Positions 48,124-55,988 of a stretch of 64,000 nt of DNA are shown here, one piece after another. Within the stretch, counting starts at the first letter, position 1, and each line of letters starts with the position of its first letter. The stretch covers positions 243,845 through 307,844 of the forward strand of contig CAYYQK010000001.1 in assembly GCA_964473815.1 (NCBI GenBank), written 5' to 3'. Below the pieces are notes generated by a model, which worked only from the letters and a program-made list of their open reading frames with translations, did no database searches and had not been told where the DNA came from. Source of the DNA: an uncultured Candidatus Saccharibacteria bacterium. Its GTDB lineage: Bacteria > Patescibacteriota > Doudnabacteria > UBA920. The position numbers and the translations under genes were made by a program.

Positions 48124-48136
48124 GGTTTTGTTTCCT

Positions 48137-48748
48137 TTATTCCAAGTTGCGGATTACTCCCACAACTTTTCCCTGCACCATCCATTCCTCTTTTGGATAG
48201 ATGTTTTGGTAATCAGGGTTTTCGGCCTTTAAGTATGCACGATTTTTAATTTGTACAAATCTTTTTACCGTTGCCTCGTCGTGCAAGAGCGCAACTACGA
48301 TATCATTATTTTTTGCCTCGCGGGTTGGACGAACAATTACTAAGTCCCCTTCGTGAATGCCAGCATTGATCATACTATCTCCCCTAACTTTCAAAAGGAA
48401 CACATCGCGGCGGCCCTTTACCAAAGTTTGCGGCAAGTTTACCCATTCTTCGATAAACTCTTCTGCTAAGTGAGGTGAACCGGCTTGAATAGAGCCTAGC
48501 AAAGGCACGCGAATCAAACCTTTTTGAATGCTGTCGGTCAAACTATTTAGAACTGTAATTCCTCGGGCTTTGCCATTGGTTTTAATATAGCCTTCATCTT
48601 CCAAAGCATTAACCAACTTTGCCACTGCGTTCTTAGACTTCACTTCTAGATACTCAGCCATTTCGGACATCGACGGTGGCATATTCTTTTCGCGGATTTC
48701 GCGAACTATGAACTTGAGGAGTTCTCTTTGTCGATCTGTAATACTCAT
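48137..48748 (-). CDS. lexA: LexA repressor (S24 peptidase)
   Basis: N-terminal wHTH, then Ala-Gly cleavage region, GDSM Ser and a Lys dyad partner (VKRF). Confidence 0.9.
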   Translation of the reverse strand: MSITDRQRELLKFIVREIREKNMPPSMSEMAEYLEVKSKNAVAKLVNALEDEGYIKTNGKARGITVLNSLTDSIQKGLIRVPLLGSIQAGSPHLAEEFIEEWVNLPQTLVKGRRDVFLLKVRGDSMINAGIHEGDLVIVRPTREAKNNDIVVALLHDEATVKRFVQIKNRAYLKAENPDYQNIYPKEEWMVQGKVVGVIRNLE

Positions 48749-48751
48749 ATA

Positions 48752-48783
48752 CCCATAGTATACAATCGTTCACCCTCTGTCAA
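48752..48783 (-). promoter_or_regulatory. Candidate lexA promoter (minus strand TTGACA-N15-TATACT), near-leaderless
   Basis: The -10 ends about 9 nt from the lexA ATG. The spacer contains GAACGATTGTAT, a weak Cheo-like half-site pair. Confidence 0.35.
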
Positions 48784-48794
48784 ATATTGAAAAA

Positions 48795-48812
48795 CCGTAC
48801 ATTTTTGTACGG
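48795..48812. promoter_or_regulatory. Perfect 7-4-7 palindrome CCGTACA-TTTT-TGTACGG (terminator of upstream gene and/or operator)
   Basis: Read directly. A-run before and T-run after. Sits just upstream of the lexA promoter -35. Confidence 0.4.
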
Positions 48813-48832
48813 CTTTAGAAGTTATCCACAAA

Positions 48833-49066
48833 TTATTGTCCCAGTAAAAGTTTGATTATAGACACCAGCACATTAACTACCTGCTTAATGATGGGTACCG
48901 ATGCAGGCAGTAGAACAATCAAAAGAATTAACCAAATAAAATTCTTTTTAAGAACCTGGAATATTGAATAAATTAAAAACGCCGCTACAATAATCGAAAT
49001 AACAGGATGCAATATCGGAGGGAAATAATTTAAGAATTGATTGTACAAACTCGTTAAGTTGTCCAT
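48833..49066 (-). CDS. Small membrane protein (77 aa)
   Basis: Two hydrophobic helices. Confidence 0.4.
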   Translation of the reverse strand: MDNLTSLYNQFLNYFPPILHPVISIIVAAFLIYSIFQVLKKNFIWLILLIVLLPASVPIIKQVVNVLVSIIKLLLGQ

Positions 49067-49086
49067 GCTTTTGTTTTGGTTGTCCC

Positions 49087-49674
49087 CTATTTTTTAAGTG
49101 GCTTTTTGGTTTTGTTTATTTTGTCTACGACAACTAAATGTGGGTAATCAAACACATCTTTAATGAAGCGATCAAAAGTGTTGTTGCGAATTCGAAATTC
49201 TTCTTCAGACATAACACTGTAATTTGGATCAAAGCCCAACATGGTTTTGCATTGTTTAAAGAATGTGTCGAGCTTAGACAAATTAACTTTACCTACGATT
49301 AGCAAATCTACGGGGAGCTGTGGTTGTCCTGTGAAAGCTCCAGACAAAAATGCAGCTTTTACATCACCCAGTTTGGAAATTGCGGCAAACAGTTCGTCTT
49401 CGTACGGTTTTTGATTACGTACAAGCGAGGCCTGAATTTGCGGCAACAATTTATGCTTACTGTTCACTATATATAAACGAGAATTGCCGCGGGTGAACTG
49501 CTTGACCATGCTGTCATGCATAAATTCTTTGAGCAGGCCGGACATAACGCGGTCGGAAATTTTTAATCGTTTGGAAAGTTCTTTGGCAGAATATGCGCGG
49601 GGCGGAGCGAGTAACAAAAAGGCTAATAATTCGGATCCGTATTTGGAATCCAAGATCTCGGCGTGTGTCATCAT
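49087..49674 (-). CDS. Putative winged-helix transcriptional regulator
   Basis: N-terminal HTH-like segment YSAKELSKRLKISDRVMSGLLKEF. Divergent from the 669-aa membrane protein gene. Confidence 0.45.
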   Translation of the reverse strand: MMTHAEILDSKYGSELLAFLLLAPPRAYSAKELSKRLKISDRVMSGLLKEFMHDSMVKQFTRGNSRLYIVNSKHKLLPQIQASLVRNQKPYEDELFAAISKLGDVKAAFLSGAFTGQPQLPVDLLIVGKVNLSKLDTFFKQCKTMLGFDPNYSVMSEEEFRIRNNTFDRFIKDVFDYPHLVVVDKINKTKKPLKK

Positions 49675-49718
49675 ATTCTTAGTATATCACACCCAAAAAG
49701 TGTTATAATGCTGATATC

Positions 49719-51728
49719 ATGGCGGAATTAGAAACACAAGTCGTAAAAATCCAGCTCGGGGACGCCAAACAGGCCACGAGCTATGTTTATACGTTAGCCG
49801 AGACCGTAGAAAGCTCCCAGGCTGAGCTTTATATGATTTGTGAATTACCGTTGTTTAATCCGGCTGCGGCCCAAGAATGTGAACGCATTGCTCAGGCGAT
49901 TGCCGCTTCGCTACGTAGGTCCTACAGGCGCCCAGCAACTGTTAATACTTTTGAAAACGCGCTGACCGTTATCAATGAAGAGTTGGGCAAGCTACAAAAC
50001 TTAGGAAAAACTCACTGGTTGGGAAAGCTGAATTCGGTTATTTGCGTGAAGACAAAAACTCGGTTGTCTGTGACGTCTGTTGGAAAAATTACTGCACTGC
50101 TGCAACGCGATGGCGGTTTTGCACCAATTGCCGAAGGCTCAACACCTCATCATCCATTAAAAACTTTTGAAAACTTCTCCGAAGGTAAAATTCGCTTGGG
50201 AGATTTAATTGTGCTTTCGACTTCGCAGTTATTTAACCATATTTCTATTGATCGCTTTAAAAATATTTTGAAGCGCAATGACTTGCCTGATGCAGCACAA
50301 GAAATTATTGGCACCTTGCAAGATGCAATGGGACCCGAAGGAGCCTGTGGTGCTATTTTTGCATTACAAGTTGAAGCTGGTAGTTTAGAACCGGAAGATC
50401 AAACTGATTTAGGTGCTTATATGGCAGCACCAAAAGTTATCTCCCGAAGTCAGAGTGCGGATTGGATTGAACGCATGAAAGCAATGGGTTCGACTGCAGC
50501 AACGATTGGTAAAAATGCTGGCAACAGTTTTAAGCAAAAAATTAAAACAACTCGACCGAACTTAAAAGACATTGTTAAACGTCAGGACGGGGCGCTGCAA
50601 GTTGTGCAAAGTCAGTTTAAAAAAGTCGGCAAGAATTTCCAACCCGAAGTAATTAAAGGTTACAGCAAACAAAAGAAAATTTTCTTAATCGCTGCCGCGA
50701 TTCTGCTAGTTGCAGTTGTCGCCAATGTTGGCATTGCCAAATATTTTAACAGCCGCACTAAGACACAGGAAGTTGCTGCGGATAAAATTACTGGCATGGA
50801 AAAAACTTTAAGCGATGCTAATTCGGCCCTGCTTTACGGTGATGAAAATCAAGCCAAACGTTTATTGGCTGATGTTCAAGGACAGTTAAATGGTTTGGGC
50901 ACAATTCCTGACTCACAAAAAGACAAAATCAATTCTTTGCGTTCGCAGGCCGACGACCTAGACAAGAAGCTAAATAAAATTAACCAGGCTAAAGTTGATA
51001 CTCTTGCCACTTTGAGTAACTCTGATAATTTGATCGTTGTGCCTGGGTATTTTGCAACCGAGAGTAATCATACGATTGTGAGTTACAATCGTTCAACCAA
51101 GCAGACCAAAGACGACGCTCTCCACACCACTGGCGGCATTGCCATGAGTTCGTTTAATAAGGGTTCACAGGTTTTGGTTTACAATGATGGCAAATTACAG
51201 CTGTGGGACTTCAAAGTTGGCATTATGATAGGTGGTTTTTCAGATAGCGTTCCTAACGAAGATAGCGCTCGTGGTTTAACCGCTTACAACGGCAAAGCTT
51301 ACCTTCTCGACCGAGGTGGTCATAAAATAATGAAATATTCAGTTTCTGATACTGGTTTTAGCTCGCCTACGGCTTCAATAGAAAACGCTGATGACTTGGG
51401 CAATGCTTCGGATATAGCCATCGACAGCAATATTTATGTTGCCACTAACGGTACAATTTTGAAATACACGTCTGGTGCTAAACAAGACTTTAATTCTGGC
51501 CTCAGCGGTCTGGGCGACAAAACCCGTCTTTACACAGAAAGCGGTTTTACTAATTTGTATGTGCTTGATCCTGCAAACAAGAAAATTATTATAGTAGATA
51601 AAAAAGGAAGTGTTTCCCAAACTCTCACCAGCGACCAGTTTAGCGACTTAAAAGATTTCTACGTTGATGAAAAAGGCAAAGCCGCTTACGTACTCAACGG
51701 AAATCAATTATTGAAAGTTAGTTTCTAG
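49719..51728 (+). CDS. Large membrane protein: cytoplasmic N-domain, single TM, extracytoplasmic C-domain; function unknown
   Basis: The TM helix IFLIAAAILLVAVVANVGIA lies mid-protein. Confidence 0.5.
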   Translation: MAELETQVVKIQLGDAKQATSYVYTLAETVESSQAELYMICELPLFNPAAAQECERIAQAIAASLRRSYRRPATVNTFENALTVINEELGKLQNLGKTHWLGKLNSVICVKTKTRLSVTSVGKITALLQRDGGFAPIAEGSTPHHPLKTFENFSEGKIRLGDLIVLSTSQLFNHISIDRFKNILKRNDLPDAAQEIIGTLQDAMGPEGACGAIFALQVEAGSLEPEDQTDLGAYMAAPKVISRSQSADWIERMKAMGSTAATIGKNAGNSFKQKIKTTRPNLKDIVKRQDGALQVVQSQFKKVGKNFQPEVIKGYSKQKKIFLIAAAILLVAVVANVGIAKYFNSRTKTQEVAADKITGMEKTLSDANSALLYGDENQAKRLLADVQGQLNGLGTIPDSQKDKINSLRSQADDLDKKLNKINQAKVDTLATLSNSDNLIVVPGYFATESNHTIVSYNRSTKQTKDDALHTTGGIAMSSFNKGSQVLVYNDGKLQLWDFKVGIMIGGFSDSVPNEDSARGLTAYNGKAYLLDRGGHKIMKYSVSDTGFSSPTASIENADDLGNASDIAIDSNIYVATNGTILKYTSGAKQDFNSGLSGLGDKTRLYTESGFTNLYVLDPANKKIIIVDKKGSVSQTLTSDQFSDLKDFYVDEKGKAAYVLNGNQLLKVSF

Positions 51729-51778
51729 CCTAAAATCAAAAAGACTCCCAAATGGGAGTCTTTTTAAAAAAAGTAAAG

Positions 51779-52201
51779 TTACTTAAGGGTTACAGTACCA
51801 CCAGCTTCTTCAAGTTGCTTCTTTAAAGCTTCAGCGTCAGCTTTGTTAACGCCTTCCTTGATAGCTTTTGGTGCACCGTCTACGATGTCCTTAGCTTCTT
51901 TTAGACCAAGACCGGTTACTTCGCGAACAACTTTAATTACATTGATCTTGTTGTCACCAGCTGCAGTCAATTCTACAGTGAATTCATCTTTTTCTTCAGC
52001 GCCACCAGCGGCTGCGCCGCCAGCTGCAGGTGCACCCATCATCATAGGAGCTGCTGCGCTAACACCGAATTTATCTTCTAAAACTTTTACCAATTCAGAA
52101 AGTTCCAATACAGAAAGTTTTTCAATTGAGCTAACTAAGTCAGCGAACTTTGCTGGAACTTCTACTGGAGTATTTTCATCTGCCATGTTAAGTCCTTTCA
52201 A
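51779..52201 (-). CDS. rplL: 50S ribosomal protein L7/L12
   Basis: Ala/Gly hinge and C-terminal [11 protein letters not shown]...GGTVTLK. Confidence 0.95.
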   Translation of the reverse strand: MKGLNMADENTPVEVPAKFADLVSSIEKLSVLELSELVKVLEDKFGVSAAAPMMMGAPAAGGAAAGGAEEKDEFTVELTAAGDNKINVIKVVREVTGLGLKEAKDIVDGAPKAIKEGVNKADAEALKKQLEEAGGTVTLK

Positions 52202-52207
52202 AATTAA

Positions 52208-52723
52208 TTAATTTTTTTGTGCGACCGCGTTTAATACATTGATCAAACCACGGAGGTTGCCAGCCATAACATTAACGAAGCCAGATACTGGAGCGTTAAT
52301 GGTGCCGACCAATTTCGCACGAAGTTCATCTTTACTAGGAAGATCAGCCAAAGCCATCATTTGTTCTTTAGTAGCAAAGCTACCATCGAGAACTCCGGAA
52401 AGGATGCCGACGGTTTTAACTTCTTTACCAAAAGTTTTAACAATGCGGGCTGGAGCGACTTCATCATCAGAGAAAGAAACGATTACTGGAACTTTGTAGT
52501 CTAAGTCCCCTGTTTCGATACCGGCTTCTGCGTATGCTTTTTTGATTAAAGGAATTTTATAAACTTTCGTTTGGATTCCTTCAGCTAAAAGAGCACGGCG
52601 GAACTTGTCAATATCTTTCACGGTTGTACCGCGATACTCAGAGAGTACTACTGACTTGGCATCTTTTAGACGCGCAGTTAGTTCTTGGTAGTCGACTTCT
52701 TTTTGTGAACGTGTTTTTGCCAT
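52208..52723 (-). CDS. rplJ: 50S ribosomal protein L10
   Basis: N-terminal L10 signature. Directly upstream of rplL. Confidence 0.9.
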   Translation of the reverse strand: MAKTRSQKEVDYQELTARLKDAKSVVLSEYRGTTVKDIDKFRRALLAEGIQTKVYKIPLIKKAYAEAGIETGDLDYKVPVIVSFSDDEVAPARIVKTFGKEVKTVGILSGVLDGSFATKEQMMALADLPSKDELRAKLVGTINAPVSGFVNVMAGNLRGLINVLNAVAQKN

Positions 52724-53042
52724 ATTTGTATGATTGTGTTCTTTGTGCGTTTCGCGCTTGGAGCGCGAGCTCGACCTTTACTAATGGCTACTATCCGTGA
52801 GAATAAAAAATCTCGGCTTTTGGCCGAGTTACAAAATAAATATTCTGAATAGATCAGGATAAATCTGTATGTCCTCGGCGGGTCGCTATTTCTAGCATTT
52901 AAGGCTGTTTTCTTTCGAAATTAGCCACCAACTGTCTTGGGATATGTAGTTGTGTAAATTATAGAGATATTGACAAAAAATGTCAAATATGTTAAATTAG
53001 CCTCACAAAAATCGAAAATCAACAAGGAAAAGGAGGCCTTAT

Positions 53043-53312
53043 ATGATCAAGATTGTTCTATATCTCGGCTATAAGGCCGCGGACTCTAAGTACAATTATT
53101 ACCGTCAGGTTGAACGGGTTGGAATATACCTAGATACAACCGAGGGAAATTTTGTAGAATTGACCAAGTCGGTTGACGGCTGGGTCAAAAAAGTTGTTCT
53201 GAGCGAGTCTCAGAACACGAAATACATCTACGTCCAAACTGCAACAGAGGATGATTACAATACTGTGATTAACTCAGACAGCAGATGGGAATTAGTGGAT
53301 AACCCGGTTTGA
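53043..53312 (+). CDS. Small hypothetical protein (89 aa)
   Basis: Strong RBS AAAGGAGG. Promoter-like TTGACA-N17-TAAATT at 52971-52999. Confidence 0.45.
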   Translation: MIKIVLYLGYKAADSKYNYYRQVERVGIYLDTTEGNFVELTKSVDGWVKKVVLSESQNTKYIYVQTATEDDYNTVINSDSRWELVDNPV

Positions 53313-53328
53313 AGAACAAGCAAAGCGA

Positions 53329-53357
53329 AAGCGCGTCGATTAGTCGACGCGTTTTTC
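53329..53357. terminator. Bidirectional intrinsic terminator (CGCGTCGA-TTAG-TCGACGCG then TTTTT)
   Basis: The stop codon of the minus-strand 373-aa gene lies in the loop. Confidence 0.6.
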
Positions 53358-54461
53358 ATTTACCTGATCCGTTACAATTCTCATAATATAACCCATGTCT
53401 TCGCCGCGGAATTGATCATGTACGTCTTTACGCAAATGGTCAAAACGAATTTGCTTGTCATCCTCATTCTTTTCACGCTGGATATCCATAAGACGATTTG
53501 ACCACCCCTCGTCTCCACGAATATATTTCAAAGTTAAATTGTAACGAATCTTTGTAAAAATCATGTAGTTTTTTCTGTACATCTCTGCAGCCTTTGGATT
53601 TGATTCTTTAAAGATTTTTGCAAACTGATAAGCCTGTCTTTCAAGTTGATAAATCATCCGATACCATAAATGACTTTTGGTAAGTTTTGTTTTTTCTAAT
53701 AGCTCAGTTTTTTCTTTAGTACTCGCTACTGGTTTAAAATTATCACGCCAATTCTTCCACCCTTCCATCAATTGCATCATTTCATTTGGGTGAGCATTAA
53801 TAATATAGCGTGGAATACTCACTTCTCCATTTACTGGTAAACGAGCATCGGTAATTCCATCGGCTGATTCACGAAAATACTTTGCCTTAGCAAGTGGATA
53901 TTTTCGAAAAATGCGGTATAGGTCTGCGAACTTTTTCGCAAAGCTGTCTTTACTAATAGTTACATCTATTCCAACTGAAAAATCCCCAATCTCCGACCCA
54001 GGCTGCTTCATGCCAGAAAATTCCAAAAATATGTCCATTTTATTCATAATGTCATCGTAATCACTGGCGGACTGAGCCTTCACCTCACCTCTTCGCATAC
54101 CTAAACCACGCGACAAAATAGTGTGGTCGGAGCAAATTGCTTCAAATTCTTTTGCTAAAATATTTAATTTATCTCGCAAATCATCTTGCTCTTCAGTAAG
54201 CTCTGATTCTCTGATCGCGCGTTCAAAAATGGCTTTGTGACTTTCCACTACTTCTAAATCTTCTGCGATTTCTTCTTTTGGATAAATATCTTCAAATTCT
54301 TCTTCATCAATTTGGTTTTTATCGATGTTTGGCTGGATATATTTATCAAAAAATTCCTCTAATTCTTCCAGAGGCTTGAGGTCGACTTCAGTTTTGGGTT
54401 TATCTTTCGGTTTTAAAAAATTTCCATTAAAACCACTTTCGGGGTTGTAAGTTCTGCTCAT
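53340..54461 (-). CDS. Hypothetical acidic protein (373 aa)
   Basis: ATGA start/stop overlap with the upstream DUF218 gene. No recognisable domain. Confidence 0.5.
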   Translation of the reverse strand: MSRTYNPESGFNGNFLKPKDKPKTEVDLKPLEELEEFFDKYIQPNIDKNQIDEEEFEDIYPKEEIAEDLEVVESHKAIFERAIRESELTEEQDDLRDKLNILAKEFEAICSDHTILSRGLGMRRGEVKAQSASDYDDIMNKMDIFLEFSGMKQPGSEIGDFSVGIDVTISKDSFAKKFADLYRIFRKYPLAKAKYFRESADGITDARLPVNGEVSIPRYIINAHPNEMMQLMEGWKNWRDNFKPVASTKEKTELLEKTKLTKSHLWYRMIYQLERQAYQFAKIFKESNPKAAEMYRKNYMIFTKIRYNLTLKYIRGDEGWSNRLMDIQREKNEDDKQIRFDHLRKDVHDQFRGEDMGYIMRIVTDQVNEKRVD

Positions 54462-55036
54462 TATCCTTTTAAAAATTTGGGTATGTAATTAATCATAGCA
54501 ACGAATTCGCGGAAATAATAGTAACGCAGCTCTTTGTGCGAGTAGTAACCAGTACTCGGCGCAGCCCAGTAAACTTTCTTAAAGCCCACACTCTTAGCCA
54601 TTACCACAGCGCGTGCCAAATGAAACGCATCGCTAACAATAATTACCGAGTCTGAGTTTTGTACTTTGTCACGCGAATTTTTGATGTTCTCATATGTATT
54701 ATGCGACTGATCCTCCAAAATGTAATTAACTTTCTCATTCGTATTTTTCTTAATCACCTTCTCCATAAACTTCGCTTCGGAAATATCAGGGTCTGCAATT
54801 TTCCCACCAGAAAAAACTATTTGATCAGCTTTACCGGCTTGATACAACTCCAAAGCTTTCTCTGTTCTATTAACTAACGCTGGCGTATTAATGGCTGCAC
54901 CCAAAACAATAATGCTATCAGCATGTTCAATCTTCGGATGCCAATGCGCCATCCCCCACACCAAACCAGCGTCTGTTACTAAAAACAGCGCAACAAGTGC
55001 AAAAAATACAATTAAAATTTTCTTAAAAATTTTCAC
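54461..55036 (-). CDS. DUF218 (YdcF/SanA/ElyC-like) membrane-anchored protein
   Basis: N-terminal TM. IIVLGAAI...QIVFSGG...SEAKFM...HNTYEN...IIVSDAFHLARA motifs. Confidence 0.65.
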   Translation of the reverse strand: MKIFKKILIVFFALVALFLVTDAGLVWGMAHWHPKIEHADSIIVLGAAINTPALVNRTEKALELYQAGKADQIVFSGGKIADPDISEAKFMEKVIKKNTNEKVNYILEDQSHNTYENIKNSRDKVQNSDSVIIVSDAFHLARAVVMAKSVGFKKVYWAAPSTGYYSHKELRYYYFREFVAMINYIPKFLKG

Positions 55037-55049
55037 CGATTTAAAAATT

Positions 55050-55373
55050 TTACTTTGAGGTAGGGAAGTAGTGATACCGAAATTTTTCTATGTCGATCTT
55101 CATGTCTTCACCCACTTCGATCCCCTCATCTTCCAAAAATTTTTTTTGAGCTAGGGGAGTGGACATTATATTTCCTTTGATGCTGATGTAACCAGCATTG
55201 TTTATCACCCGCCACCACGGTACCACATTATTGCCATCTAAGGTATGAAGCATCCAGCCAACCTGTCTAGCAGCGCGCGGACTCCCACAAGCTGCAGCCA
55301 CTTGGCCATAACTAACAACCCGTCCACGCGGCACTTCATTTACGACCGCTATCACCTTTTCCTTGAAATTCAT
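55050..55373 (-). CDS. Alkyltransferase-like (ATL) protein: MGMT DNA-binding fold without the reactive Cys
   Basis: RVVSYGQVAA...VPWWRVIN, where PCHR is replaced by PWWR. Confidence 0.65.
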   Translation of the reverse strand: MNFKEKVIAVVNEVPRGRVVSYGQVAAACGSPRAARQVGWMLHTLDGNNVVPWWRVINNAGYISIKGNIMSTPLAQKKFLEDEGIEVGEDMKIDIEKFRYHYFPTSK

Positions 55374-55416
55374 ACGGGTTTATTATACAATATGTTCAGC
55401 AATTAACAGAAATTCT

Positions 55417-55938
55417 ATGAGTTTAAAAGATGTTCCTTTTGGCAGTGCTGATAAATTTAATGTTATCATCGAAATTTCCCAGGGCAGCCACGATAAATAC
55501 GAGTACGATGAAAAACTGGACGTTATAAAACTAGACCGCGTGCTGTTTTCGTCTATGCGCTATCCTTACAACTATGGCTTCATTCCTGAAACCCGAGCTG
55601 ATGATGGTGATCATACCGACGTGGTGTTGTTTTCCACTAACCCAATTATTCCCGGCGCAGTTGTTGAAGCTCGTGCCATTGGTTTTATGAACATGGAAGA
55701 TGCCGGCGAAATTGATAACAAAATCTTGGCAGTACCTACCGAAGATCCACGGTTTAATAGCGTTAAGTCTTTAACTGATATGTCTGAACACTCTCCTAAA
55801 GAAATCAAAAACTTTTTTGAAACTTACAAGCTACTAGAAAACAAAGAAGTAAAAGTTGGTGAATTTGAAGATGCTGCGAAAGCACAAAGTTATATCGAAC
55901 AAACGCGAAAGGTTTACGAAGCAGAACATTCAGCTTAA
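55417..55938 (+). CDS. ppa: Inorganic pyrophosphatase (family I)
   Basis: KYEYDEK...YPYNYGFIPET...DGDHTDVV motifs. Start at MSLKDVPF; the track ORF starts at 55363. Confidence 0.9.
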   Translation: MSLKDVPFGSADKFNVIIEISQGSHDKYEYDEKLDVIKLDRVLFSSMRYPYNYGFIPETRADDGDHTDVVLFSTNPIIPGAVVEARAIGFMNMEDAGEIDNKILAVPTEDPRFNSVKSLTDMSEHSPKEIKNFFETYKLLENKEVKVGEFEDAAKAQSYIEQTRKVYEAEHSA

Positions 55939-55943
55939 AAAGT

Positions 55944-55977
55944 TAAACCGCTTCTCAATATGAGAAGCGGTTTTTTA
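55944..55977. terminator. Bidirectional intrinsic terminator between ppa and leuS
   Basis: AACCGCTTCTCA-ATAT-GAGAAGCGGTT then TTTTT. Confidence 0.65.
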
Positions 55978-55988
55978 TTAGCAATATT

